DNA of 64,000 bases from Phoronis australis (lineage: Eukaryota > Animalia > Phoronida): positions 1 through 64,000 of the forward strand of contig NMRA01000691.1 in NCBI GenBank assembly GCA_002633005.1, written 5' to 3'. Shown piece after piece: positions 52,700 to 64,000 of the stretch. Every line of letters begins with the position of its first letter. Position 1 is the first letter of the stretch. The position numbers and the translations under genes are program-made. The notes under the pieces were generated by a model. It had not been told where the DNA came from. It did not search any database and saw only the letters and a program-made list of their open reading frames with translations.

Positions 52700-53585
52700 A
52701 ACATCATACGTGAAAACTTAAGATTAAAGCCCAACGCTGTACGCGTGACGAAACCATTTTTGAAACTCCTGACTTTGGGCCAAACAATTTAATGATAGGC
52801 ACATGATCTGTCACAATAGTGAAACGTCATTCAATCAAATATTGTTGAAATTTCCTAACTCCAAAAACGATCGACAAAGCCTCGATTTCAATTTGTGAAT
52901 AATTCTTTTCACTATCAGTTAACTTCCGTGAAGCTGTGGCAAATGGACGCTCATCCTCATTTCTAAAACGTGACTTAGTACACAACTAACGCCAACTTTT
53001 GAAGCCTCACAAGACAGAAAAACTGGTTTCTGAAGACCGTAGTGTACTACCACTTTATCGGAGATAATCAGTGGCTTACACTTGGCAAAACATCTTAGCG
53101 TTCTTCCCCAGACAAATGTCACATTCTTACGCAATATAACATGTAGAAGGTGCAAAATATTAGATAAGTTACCGTCCGGAGGTCTCGGTAATTTTTCATA
53201 GAGCTGTACCAAACCCGAGAAAGTTTGTAATTCTTTGACATTTGTGGGAATAGGAGCATTCATAATTGTCTCAAGTTTCTCTTGCGTAGGATGAATACAT
53301 GTTTTGACCATGATGTTGTTTAAGTCGGGCTGGAAATAGTTCCTAAAATCTGAAATGAGAATCAGCAGATTTAGATGCAATGCAAATTAAATCAAGATAT
53401 AGCACAACTCCTTTTATGCCTCTGAGCATTGACTCCATAACCGACTGGAACATGTGAGGAGCAGAAGCAACACCAAACTGTAATACTGAGGTTCTTACAC
53501 AACACGCAACGAATTCAAAGCCAGAAATTTGCGAGACTCAGGACCTACTTCTAATTGTAAATGTGCGTGGATGAGGTCAACCTAA
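52700..53585 (-). mobile_element. Gypsy/Ty3 pol fragment (RT, connection, RNase H)
   Basis: FGVASAPHMFQSVM; APIPTNVKELQTFSGLV; LSCEASKVGVSCVLSH; ASRKLTDSEKNYSQIEIEALSIVFGVRKFQQY; VTDH; RVQRWAL. Confidence 0.9.
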
Positions 53586-53699
53586 CATTTTTTAAAAGTT
53601 TTAAGTTTATTTGCATAAACTGAAATTAACAATGGAATACAGTAGAAAAGTAAACAAACACATTTACTCTCACATTCACACATTCTAGCTCTGCTTGAA

Positions 53700-55669
53700 T
53701 TTATACTGAATGTTTTAGGGTTTCAAAAAATCCCAGCAAGTCAGAAGTAATTCTCTAGATTTCATGCTTTTCCATGTCTTGACAGTGTCAAATAAAATTG
53801 GGTGAAACCTCTCAAGTACAGTAATACATAAAGACTTCTAACAAGTATATATAAAGTACTGAGCTAACGTTAATACGACTAATTTCATAGCCAGGATCTC
53901 CAAAGTATGCAAATAGCAGGACACACTTTTCAGCCAGCAAAAGCTTCTCTCCAACGACGTTTGAAATCCAAGTTTGTAATTTATTCCAAAAAGAAAGTAC
54001 ATGCTCACATGCCAAAAACATGTGATTAAAAGCTTTTACCACTCCGAAAAATGAGCATTTGTCGTTTTGGAATATTTTCATTTTCTTTAAAACATGTTTT
54101 GTGTAAACTTTTTTTATGAATGTGATAATACTTATTAAAAACTTTTAAATGAGGTTGGAGCAACAGTTTAAAAGGCATAACATAAATATCTTTAATGTGC
54201 TGGTCAGCAAATAAATCTAATAAACTGTGTTCTACATCAGGAACTGATGTCTCTCTGGGGAGTAATACATCTTTTGTTCATCGCGTAGCAATCCGATCTG
54301 GTGCAAAATCGTGTATGCTGCTGGCTCTATCATTAATCGGACTATCTGAAATTTTCATTGCCTTGATCAGAGCAATTTACTTTATCCAATTGCTTAATTT
54401 TTATCTTTCCTTTAAAACCTCCCAGTATAATAATTTAGTTTCGAAATCCAATAAGTCTTGAACAAAAACAATTCCAGCATTGTAATAGTTGATGTAGAAC
54501 ACAGTTTTTCCATTTATCCATAGAACCTGATTTTTAAACCAATATTGTTATGTAAGTAGTATGTTATTTGCTCCCAGGACCATTACTTATCAGAGTACAA
54601 TAGGTTGAAATTTTCTATAAGCAAATTTTTATAAGCATAATTAGATTTTAATATTAAACAACTTCCATACTTTCTATAAACATATTTAGGGAACATCTCC
54701 CATTCTTTATTTTACCTTCTAAAAAACGTTTATTCCATTTAATTAACAAGGACTTATACAATTGAAAATGTTGACATCTGGAACAGCTAAGCCCCCTCTT
54801 TCCCTGCTATTTACAGCAATATCTCTTCTAACTCTTGGGGCTATTCAAAACACTCAAAAAGAGGACCCTTAATTTCTTCCCAAAAACATTTTTAAAATTA
54901 ATAACTCAAACCATCCGCTCCTGGCGATTTGTTGTTTTTAATATTTTTTAAAGCTTCATAAAATTCAGCTTGGGTAAAATACCTATCCTGAAATTAAGCA
55001 TCATCGACTGATAGAGTGTCGGGCAATTCAAACATATTTTAAGTTGCTATTATCGCTGCTATATAATAATTATGTATTTCCTTCCTCACTAAGCCCTGGC
55101 CTCAAACTAATTACCCTTTATTATTTTTAAGCTCAGAAATACACTTTTTTGTAGTTTCTTTTTTCCAAGTCGCCAAAAATATTTGGAGTTACCTTCTCCA
55201 TTTTCTATCCATTGAGCTTTACTTCTGACCATCTCTCCGTTAAATTTTTGGTTCTATAATAATTGTAATTCTACTCTGGCTCGGTTCAAGCCTTCCATGG
55301 CTTCATTATTTGAGTTATCCTTTTATAATTCAGCAGTAAAATTATTCACCAAATGAATGAGTTCCTCCTCTCTATTATTATCAGTTGCCCTTTTTGTTTT
55401 GAAAAAGTATAGTGTATAGTGTACTCTCTGATTTTCATTTTTACCATTTCCCATTTTGCATGTTTATTGGTTAAGACTGCATATTCCTTGTCCAGTATTG
55501 TTATGACTTCTTTTAACTTCTTAACATAGATATCAGTTTCCAAAAGGTTGTTATTAGTTTCCAAAAACCAGGCCCTCTAGCGCAAATCTCGTTGAGTGTA
55601 ATTGTGATTTTAACAGCAGCATGATCAGAATATATAAAATCGTTAAGAATAATACTTCTAATATGGTCC
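53700..55669 (-). mobile_element. L1/Tx1 ORF2 remnant, 3' part (end of EN, RT start, C-terminal Cys/His region; internally deleted)
   Basis: SDHAAV; GPGFW; KWEMVKMKIRE; NNKSPGADG; HMFLACEHVLSFW. Confidence 0.85.
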
Positions 55670-55673
55670 TTAA

Positions 55674-58228
55674 AGTCCTGGTCTCACACGTTGTTAACCC
55701 TTATTACTTGGTTAGAGGATGTTATAAGGATCCAAGAAGTACCTACTCCATAACTAATACACGATCCGTCCTCGAAAAAAGTTTAAATGAACGCGCCACT
55801 CACGATTCGCACCCGAAGAACCACCGCCATTTTGAACTTGCCGCGAACCCCGAAGTACAATTCATTCAGGAACCCAGGCCGAGAAAACGCCGTCAGTGCA
55901 ACTGGAGCAGTGCCTGTACTGTTACCAGCCAGCAAACGGGGATAAAATAATCGACAGTTCGCCTTAATTTTAATAAAATCAAACTACGGACAATTTTATC
56001 GAATTTGCTGAAGAAATGTGGCGAATAAATTTTGACAGAAATTATTTTGCCAGACTCTTGACCGCAGCCTATCGGACCCGGTGCGGATCGAGACCAGACA
56101 CTGGCGAACGATAAATGCATGCGATTGCAAGCTGTTTTGTCGAAGTAAAATGGTCAAATCCTAAATGCTGCATGTATTCAAGGGTAGTTTCAGACACTTG
56201 CATGAAATTACGGGCTGGTTACTCCTGTGTCACCCTGCCGCGGCAGCCCTTAGTTAGCGTTAGTCACCAGTTACCAGTGAAGACTATCGTCAAAATACAG
56301 CTTGTTAGTAGGCCTATACAGCTTTGCGCCAAGGCTACCCTTAGGCCGAACTGGTCGCTGGCCACAGCGCTCGCTCAAACGAGGTTTATTTAGAACTTGG
56401 GTACTTCGGGCGAACTGTGCAAAGTTGTTGGCTTTCAATAGAGATTTTCCCAGACTTTGTATGAGCGCACCAAGCCTAAAAGAATGGGGGGCTGGAATTT
56501 TTGGGAATGTCTATCTTTTACTATAAGATTCAGTGGGTATGTTCAGAGCTATGAATTGCAGACTCTAAATTTTGGTACTTCCTGTTTTCTAGTGGAATAT
56601 TGTCTCATTTTCTACTTTTTTCGGAATTCGTGCTTCTGTAACTGAGGCAGACCTTTTTCCAGTTCACCAAACAGGGGCTCGTACGACCACATAAGTATGA
56701 CAAGTCCAATACAACATGTTATTTTTTATTCATTAACCCAAAATGATTCAATTTTTTAACATAATAAGTAACTTAAAATGCACAATACTTTACAACATTT
56801 AGCATTACAAACACTATTCAACAGCAACAGTTTCCATGATGTGAAAGTGGACATACATGTAACTTTTACCATGGTGACGGAATAGTGTTTCCTTACACCA
56901 GAATTTGACAAGCATCATTTAAAAAATATGAAGTTGCAAGGAACAAGAATTATAGGCTTGAAGCTTCACAATCCAACATAGCTTATTTCTCAAATTAAGA
57001 TCATATTGTTGACTTGATAACCTGAATTAAGAAGCAATAAGTTACAAAACATGACTTTAAACCAATTGAGACTTAAAATTTAGTAAAATATGAATCGTTT
57101 TGTGACACCGAATCAAGTCTTGAACAGCAGTTGACAGTTAAACAAAAAAACATTTCAAAATTATTTCAAATATTTTTTAGCTTAGTGTAAGATCACCTGA
57201 ATGGGAAATTTACAGTAAAATAATTCGAATATATCTTATATTTTGCACAAAAAACACGTGAATTGAACAAAGTTTCTTTTTTGTAGCAACGTTTGTCAAA
57301 ATGTATCAACGTTAAATCTTCACAAATTACAAAGTAGCCGATTGAACATGCCTTTCAGTTCACCAAAAGTCGCTATGTTGTCGGTGCCGCCAGAAATGAG
57401 ACGAAGTCCAACGGGAATTGTGAGCACATTTATCATTTAATGAGTAACAACTGCGAGGCTGAAATTTGGTGAATTCTGTTAAATCGTGCAGAATAGTAAG
57501 TAAAGATATGTCTAACTAAATTTCACCGTAATTTGTTGGCGAAAACAATTTACACAAAGTTTTAAAGTCGTAACTTATCCCGCTGTCCTCCAGTATGGCC
57601 GACGCGATCCAAACAAAGTGACCCAAATTTCGCCACAAAACTTGCAATAATTTTACACTGCTTGCCCCGATTTTGAGACTTTTTCGATTTTTACTGAGTA
57701 GAATGTACTACCTTTCCGATGATAGCAAAGTACTTTTTCAGAACGAGAAAAAAAAATAAAACCGAAAAAAATTGGTTCGACCCATATTGGTTCCTAGGTT
57801 CGACCGGCCTACGTAAGGAACTTAACACCAATGCTATTTTAACATACTAAGTACGCGTAACATTCCAAAAAAATCAACGACCACTAACTACAAACTATAA
57901 ATACACTACATATGCAAACGAATCACGAGATTTTACTAATAAAACAAAATAATGAAGACTTTTCGAGCAAGCCATAGCACATTCAGTTACAAGGAAAAAA
58001 TGGCGGCGTTCAGGACAAGTTCCTGAACTGATGAGCCGGAAATGTGAGTACGGAAATAACCGATGACAGCCGGTAATTATACGCTCACAGAGAAGGGTCA
58101 AATACTGTTAAAAATCGCTTTTGGCAAGAAAGACGAAAAGAATATAAAGAAAAGGTGTCGAAAATACGAATTTATGTAGTAAGTATTTTCGGATACTGGA
58201 ACCACATGGGCAGTTTGAGAGAAGGACT
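55674..58228. mobile_element. Kolobok-type non-autonomous DNA transposon (2555 bp) inserted into the L1 endonuclease
   Basis: TTAA at 55670-55673 and 58229-58232. TIR AGTCCTGGTCTCACAC versus reverse-complemented AGTCCTTCTCTCAAAC. Removing it rejoins the L1 EN motifs RIDYW and SDH. Confidence 0.85.
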
Positions 58229-58232
58229 TTAA

Positions 58233-58810
58233 AACCTTGGAACAAAGCCAGTAATCAATTCTACGTTGGGACTTAAAATACTATTATGCCATGTAAATTG
58301 TTTCTTACCAGGTTGTTGATACCTCCAAATATCAAAAAAATTATACTTTTCGGATAAATTATTTATAGGGTCTATAACAACTTTCTTACAGCTTATGTCC
58401 CTCAGCCCCTGTTTGACAGTTATAATCCCCTCCACAGAAGATATTATTACTATAGTTGAGAAGCATTTTCATTGGGGCAGTAAATATTTAAAAAATACAA
58501 GTGGTATTGTCTAAATTGGCCTCCTCACACACATATCTGTCATCTTGATCTTGGCCAATAAATTTAAAATATTTGGCTCTGGAGCAGAGTATAGCAACTC
58601 CCCTACTACTGTATGTTGGGAACCATGAGAAGCAAAAATGTAACCATCCCATTCTAAAAACCAATTAGATAAAGTCTCTTCCGAACTATAGGTTTCTTCA
58701 ACGAAGGCTACATCAATCTTTTGTTTTTTATGGAAGTCAAAAAGATGATGTCTCTTTGCTTCATTGTTGAATCCCCTGCAATTTAAGGTAATACAGTTTA
58801 ATTTAACCAT
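58233..58810 (-). mobile_element. L1/Tx1 ORF2 5' part (endonuclease N-terminus)
   Basis: MVKLNCITLNCRGFNNEAKR..DVAFVEETYS..W..EW; DIWRYQQPGKKQFTW; RIDYW. Confidence 0.9.
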
Positions 58811-59112
58811 TACCTAACAAGAAACCCTTATCTACTTGACAGTACAATTTAAGGTAATACAGTTTAAATTAGCCATTATCTAACAAAAAACCCTTATCTA
58901 CTTGACAGTACAATTTAAGGTAATACAGTTTAGTTAAACCATTATCTAAAAAGAAACCCCTTATCTACTTGACAGCACAATTTAAGGTATTACATTTTAA
59001 TTTAACCATTATCTAACAAGAAACCCTTATCTACTTGACAGTACAATTTAAGGTAATACGGTTTAATTTAACCATTATCTAACCCTAAACCCTTATCTAC
59101 TTGACAGTACAA
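58779..59112. repeat. ~66-bp tandem repeat, 5 copies, overlapping the L1 ORF2 start
   Basis: Unit caatttaaggtaatacagtttaatttaaccattatctaacaagaaacccttatctacttgacagta. Confidence 0.95.
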
Positions 59113-60767
59113 GCTGAAGTAAAATAATATGACATTTCCAAAATTAATTGTAACAATATGCCAGTAATTGACACATGCACTCACACATTCATACAATTTA
59201 ACTACAACACAAAACTAAACTGAAAGTGTCCGTGAATTTCATGACCGTCTTCAATCGTTCTTCAATCGGATAGAAGTTCAAAAGTCGTCAACCATTGTGT
59301 ATTTCCGACATCAAATATCAGACTCACACATGATAACCTTAATGTAGCCTAAAGTACATGATAATGTGTTAAACAAATCACCTGTAGTAAGAATTTTGTT
59401 CTGTTGCTCGTCACAGTAACTTTATAATCACCACACATTCTAATTTGACTTTTGGATTTCACAATATTGACCAAAGTTGTACCAGGAGACATGACGACTG
59501 AGGCTGTATCTCCTGGTGTAGTGAAAAATGGCCATAAATGATTGCTCGAAAAATAAGTAGGTCTGTTGCAAACATTCAGTCCGAAGTCAAAATTAGCTAA
59601 AGTTCGCGAGTGTGGCCATAAGCTTCCTGCCCTGCCGCTTTGAGATCCTAGCCATTCTCCGAGCAGTAAAGTTCAACGTGTTGTCGGGAGAACACCCTCA
59701 AGCACCACCAGCTCATCAGTCACAGTATGGCTGTCAAGAAAAATTCCATTTAGACCTGTATTAATTCGACACTGACCTTTAAAGACTTTCTTGTTTTTAC
59801 ATTTCATATGGTGTGCAGGCATCAAACATTTAGTAAACCTTGAGCATTTGGTTCATTTTCAGTTTTCAATAAAGAGAAACGGCAGTTTTAGCAACCTTTC
59901 TTTCTAAATTGACGATTTATTTACTGTATTCAATCTATGCCTTAGGGTATTTTCAATATTGTAAGAGTGTTGCCCAAATTGCTGGTTATGTGATTCCCTG
60001 TTGAAATATGCAATTGGTGTTAGGAATACTTCCTTAGTCATTACAATTCCACAACGGCGGCTGGCGGCCGTCTTATATTTATAGATGACGTAAGCTGCAA
60101 AATTCATTTTGCCATACAAATTTAATACCTAACGCCAGTCTTAATTTACGTATAAAGATGCCCTGAAATATTTGACATCACTGTATTTCCAATGGAACAT
60201 GTGCGGCATAGTGTGACCTTGACCTTGACCTTTTCAAGTGCCCTTGACCTCCAATCACAAGAATGGTATCAGAATCGATTTTATCACACCTGAAAAGCTA
60301 TAGTTTGATGTATCAAATTATTTTAAAAGGCATTTATGGGTACTTGCCAATTTCTACATGTCCTATGGAGGCCAACTTGGATTTGAGGGATATGCCGGCA
60401 AAATCCAGCCCGGCATACAACTTTTTTGGATTCAGCACTCCAAAATTAGTTAAAATCAATTGTCAGATCTGCATTACCCTCAAATGTCCTCGACAGTCAT
60501 TTTTGCCAAATACTAGCCTGACTAAAAGACAAACTCGTGTTTCTTTTAAGAGAATCTTTAATTTATAACAATTTGTTCTTGGTATTTTTTCAAAACTACG
60601 TAAAATAGAAGCGAGTAAATTAGAATGAAAATAGCATATCTAAATATTTCAATTTTTAGACCAGTTCTGTGTATACTACTTTCATCTATGTACTGTCTAC
60701 AACCCAAATATAATGCTTTCTGGGATTGTCATTATTATCCTTGTATATTCTAAATGTTCTTCAATAA

Positions 60768-60792
60768 ATATATATATATATATATATATATA
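60768..60792. repeat. (TA)n microsatellite upstream of the copy 2 splice acceptor
   Basis: Visible directly. Confidence 0.9.
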
Positions 60793-60815
60793 TCACCTTA
60801 AAATGACACACTGAT

Positions 60816-60836
60816 GTTTTCGTTTCAGGTGCGATG
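60816..60836 (+). promoter_or_regulatory. 3' splice acceptor immediately upstream of the FUT copy 2 start codon
   Basis: gttttcgtttcAG|gtgcgATGg, with the same 5-nt offset as copy 1. Confidence 0.75.
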
Positions 60837-62042
60837 GACCTCCGAACCAAATTTTCCATTGTTTTGATGGTGGGTGTGCTGCTAGTGTTTGTCTTATACT
60901 GCTATGCTCCTCCTCAGATGAACGTATTGAACGTCTTTGCCAGTGGAAAAGGTTTTGTTACCGACAACACCGTTGATGAAAACTTATCAAACAGTGATAC
61001 TGCGGAATCAAACACGTTAAGGAATCAGGTTACGCAGCCTGAGATTGTGAAACCCACTAAATTTACTATTATGGACTGGAACCCATTGTATCTGAGCTTA
61101 GAAAACGGTCTTCCCGAAAATTACAAAACGGGGAATTGCCTAGTTACCAGGGACAAGAGGTATTTGAACAAGAGCCACGCAGTTGTGATTGAGGTAAGAC
61201 GTGTACCCTATCTTAACACTTTACCGAAAGAGCGGGCACCATGGCAACGATGGTTGTACTTCAACGTTGAAAGTCCTTATTTTGCAATCTTAGATTATAA
61301 GGGCAGGTACAAAATGGAGGATTTCACCGGAAAAATAGCCTTTAATTGGTCCATGACGTATCGAAGAGATTCCCATGCACCAGTGTCATACGGCTGGAGA
61401 ATTAAAAGAGATAAGCCCATCAATATAACAAATGTTTTTAAGGACAAACAAAAACTAGTCGCGGCTATGATGAGCAATTGTAAGTATGTGCGAAATAGCA
61501 GGATAAAGTACATTAAAGAACTCCAAAAGCACACGACCGTCGACTTTTATGGTAAATGCGGTAATCTCAAGTGTGAGGGGCACTACAAAGCACACAGCTG
61601 TCCAAAGATTAAAAATTACAAGTTTTTCTTAACGTTCGAGAATTCAAACTGCCGAGACTATATCAGCGAAAAAATGTGGATGCAAGCGTTTGACAGTTAT
61701 ACAGTGCCAGTAGTAATGGGAGCTTACAAAGAGGACTATGTTAAGGTAGCACCTCCGAATTCTTTCATTCATGTTGATGATTTTGACTCCCCCAAGTCTC
61801 TCGCTCAATATTTAAATGTAGTTGGGAAAAACGAGAGCGCATACAATACATTCCATGCATGGCGTAAAGAGTGGACGTATCAATACGATTTTAGGATGTT
61901 GAGTAAAAAAGGATACGTGTGGAGAAGTGTGTGCGACGCTCTTAATAAAAGGTGGAATGAAAAACCCTCGTGGTATAACAGGATTACGGATTTTGAAAGT
62001 GAAAAGGACTGTTATCAAAATGCATGGATAAAGAAGAACTAA
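60834..62042 (+). CDS. Alpha-1,3-fucosyltransferase, glycosyltransferase family 10 (copy 2), 402 aa
   Basis: Intact ORF with the same GT10 motifs as copy 1; only 6 aa differences after MDWNP. Confidence 0.96.
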   Translation: MDLRTKFSIVLMVGVLLVFVLYCYAPPQMNVLNVFASGKGFVTDNTVDENLSNSDTAESNTLRNQVTQPEIVKPTKFTIMDWNPLYLSLENGLPENYKTGNCLVTRDKRYLNKSHAVVIEVRRVPYLNTLPKERAPWQRWLYFNVESPYFAILDYKGRYKMEDFTGKIAFNWSMTYRRDSHAPVSYGWRIKRDKPINITNVFKDKQKLVAAMMSNCKYVRNSRIKYIKELQKHTTVDFYGKCGNLKCEGHYKAHSCPKIKNYKFFLTFENSNCRDYISEKMWMQAFDSYTVPVVMGAYKEDYVKVAPPNSFIHVDDFDSPKSLAQYLNVVGKNESAYNTFHAWRKEWTYQYDFRMLSKKGYVWRSVCDALNKRWNEKPSWYNRITDFESEKDCYQNAWIKKN

Positions 62043-63579
62043 TACTTCCATTACATGCATCCTTATGCATGGCGCGTTCATTTTTTTACTTGCATCTGAG
62101 TAAATTGGTTTTTTGCAAACTACATGTATAAGAAAGCAATTTTTTAGATTGGTCCAGTGTGTGTCTTTTTGAGGAGGCCAGCACTTCGTTGCTAAAGGTA
62201 AGTTAATCCACGCGTTTGTTATGGCTAACCAGTGAGTGTCATAAGGGTAATGCATCGCAAGCGGTCGCCAATACGTTATACGTACCTAAACTGTAGGCTG
62301 ATGAATCAGCTAAGCGACAACGTCATCACTTGCTCTTGTACAAATATATGTTGGATATAACTATGGCTTTGTTTGTAACTTAAAATTGAAACCTGCTTAT
62401 TTTTGAAATCCAAAAACAGTATTGTCATAGAAAGCAGTGCACCAAGTAAGCATCACAAAAAGTCCCCTCAAAGTAAGAATCAAAGAAAAAATTCCCTCTT
62501 TGAAAGAAATTCCGAGAAAAGTCCCCTTTTACAAGGTACAGGCACCTTTCTCCTCAAGTGAGTGAGGACTCTGATCCAATACTTTGACTTGCTGACAGCT
62601 TAAAGTGTCTTATCAATTGTCCAGCTCTTGGTAAACCGTCTCACTTCCTCGGCTTTCCCGCTATCCTCAAATACCATCAAAATACCCTGCTTTTTGAAAC
62701 ACGTATATTATCATTACTATTATAATTTCCGACATGGGGAATTACACCACCTCCAGAGGTCGTGTAGGTGAAAAGTAACACACGTAGGCCTACCTTATTT
62801 ATCAGTTTATTTTTTTAGTTCTAATAACCAAGAGTATTGCCAATTTTTGTAAAATGACAGTATGCAACAGTACATGTAACATAAACAAGACCAACGCGGG
62901 GCGTTGAAATGTGCATACAAATGCACCTCAAACGGTTTGCTTCTCTCTATTTGTATCATAAAAAATAGATAGTTCAGGGTGCATTAAAATGCGAAAGTTA
63001 CGTCCATTCTCAAAAATATTTGCCAAATGAAAATCAGTCAAAGAACTCCAAAGGTACAAAAGCAAACGTAAAAAAACAAACTGCCAATTTCAGTAGTCGA
63101 ATCCATCCATCTGCTTGCAAGGGGTTTTGCACATTTACAAACGCTGTACAGCCTTTGATACAAAAACTGTCACTAGTGGGCACCACATTAGTTAGACCAG
63201 TTTGAAAATTCACCTAAGTCAAGCTCTTTTCAGTAAACACACATCTGCCAATTTCGATAATGATCCCCTGCGTGGTTTGGCAGTTACAGAAGCAGAAGAC
63301 GAAAAGAGCCTAAAAATATTAAATGGCCACCAGTCAGTGCAGAATACATTGAATCCACCACAAAAAGGAAAAATGTTGTCGTTTTGATAGTCGAAATTTG
63401 TTAACTCAATTTCACGAAAAAGCATCAAGGAGCTCTGAATTTACAGAGCCAAAAGTAAAAAAAGAAGATTAGCCATCATTGAGAACAGCTGTAGTTGGAT
63501 CGGGCTGAAACTGGCCATCATCAGTTGCCATCTTTATAGGAACACATCTCCTAAATTTCCATACGTGTCAGAATTTTAC

Positions 63580-63985
63580 ATGGCTGTCAACCAACTAGTT
63601 AGGTGTACACGTTACTACTGCTACACCTTGTGGTCAAATTGCGAAATAAGGAGACAGCTGGTGAGTTGGACTAAGTTAACCAATGTTCCTGTTGGCCAAA
63701 TGGCAAAACGATCAGAATGGATGTCAACCAACTGGTTAGGTGTACATGTTACTACTGCTACACCTGGTGGTCAAATCGTAAAACTATCCCAAAAAAGAGT
63801 TAGTTGGTTAGTTGGCTGACATTCGACATTCAATAGCTGCCCCACCTGGTTCTCATGTCGTATTGCTATACAGACAGCTAGTTAGTTTCCAGACATCCAA
63901 CATCCAATACCTGCCACACCTGGTGGTCAACTTTCAAAACTATGCAAAGTGACAGTCAGTTGGTTAGTTGGTTGACATCCATGTG
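63580..63985. repeat. Cluster of the same repeat family as 7290-8315, with several CACCTGGTGG cores
   Basis: tgtcaaccaact.gttaggtgtaca.gttactactgctacacct.gtggtcaaat occurs twice (~63585 and ~63722), followed by gttagttgg..gacatcc..caatagct-like units. Confidence 0.7.
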
Positions 63986-64000
63986 AGACATCGTGAGATG

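Noticed and set aside
9368-62042. FUT copies as two alleles of one locus
   Set aside because: About 22% divergence in the 5' CDS and largely unalignable wider flanks far exceed the few differences seen at the N-junction duplicates.

Overview
AT-rich (roughly 35-40% GC by eye), intron-bearing eukaryotic DNA, most likely from an invertebrate animal; the species cannot be identified from the sequence. The assembly is a draft, with seven single-N junctions and one ~100-N gap. Only two intact protein-coding regions are evident: paralogous single-coding-exon GT10 alpha-1,3-fucosyltransferases at 9368-10570 and 60834-62042 (+). Their catalytic domains are near-identical at nucleotide level, while their TM/stem regions and flanks are much more diverged, which points to gene conversion. 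Both carry an atypical acceptor-binding motif. The rest is decayed mobile DNA. Retroelements include L1/Tx1, CR1/L2-like and HERO-like LINEs and Gypsy pol fragments. DNA transposons include two TTAA-flanked Kolobok-type elements, a spliced P-element/THAP9-like transposase remnant, MITEs, a 1.75-kb CATG-ended element in three copies, and an AcademH-like remnant whose transposase lies antisense inside an intron of its RecQ-like helicase. No prokaryotic-type systems such as CRISPR arrays or operons were seen. Most short ORFs in the track are noise or antisense shadows.
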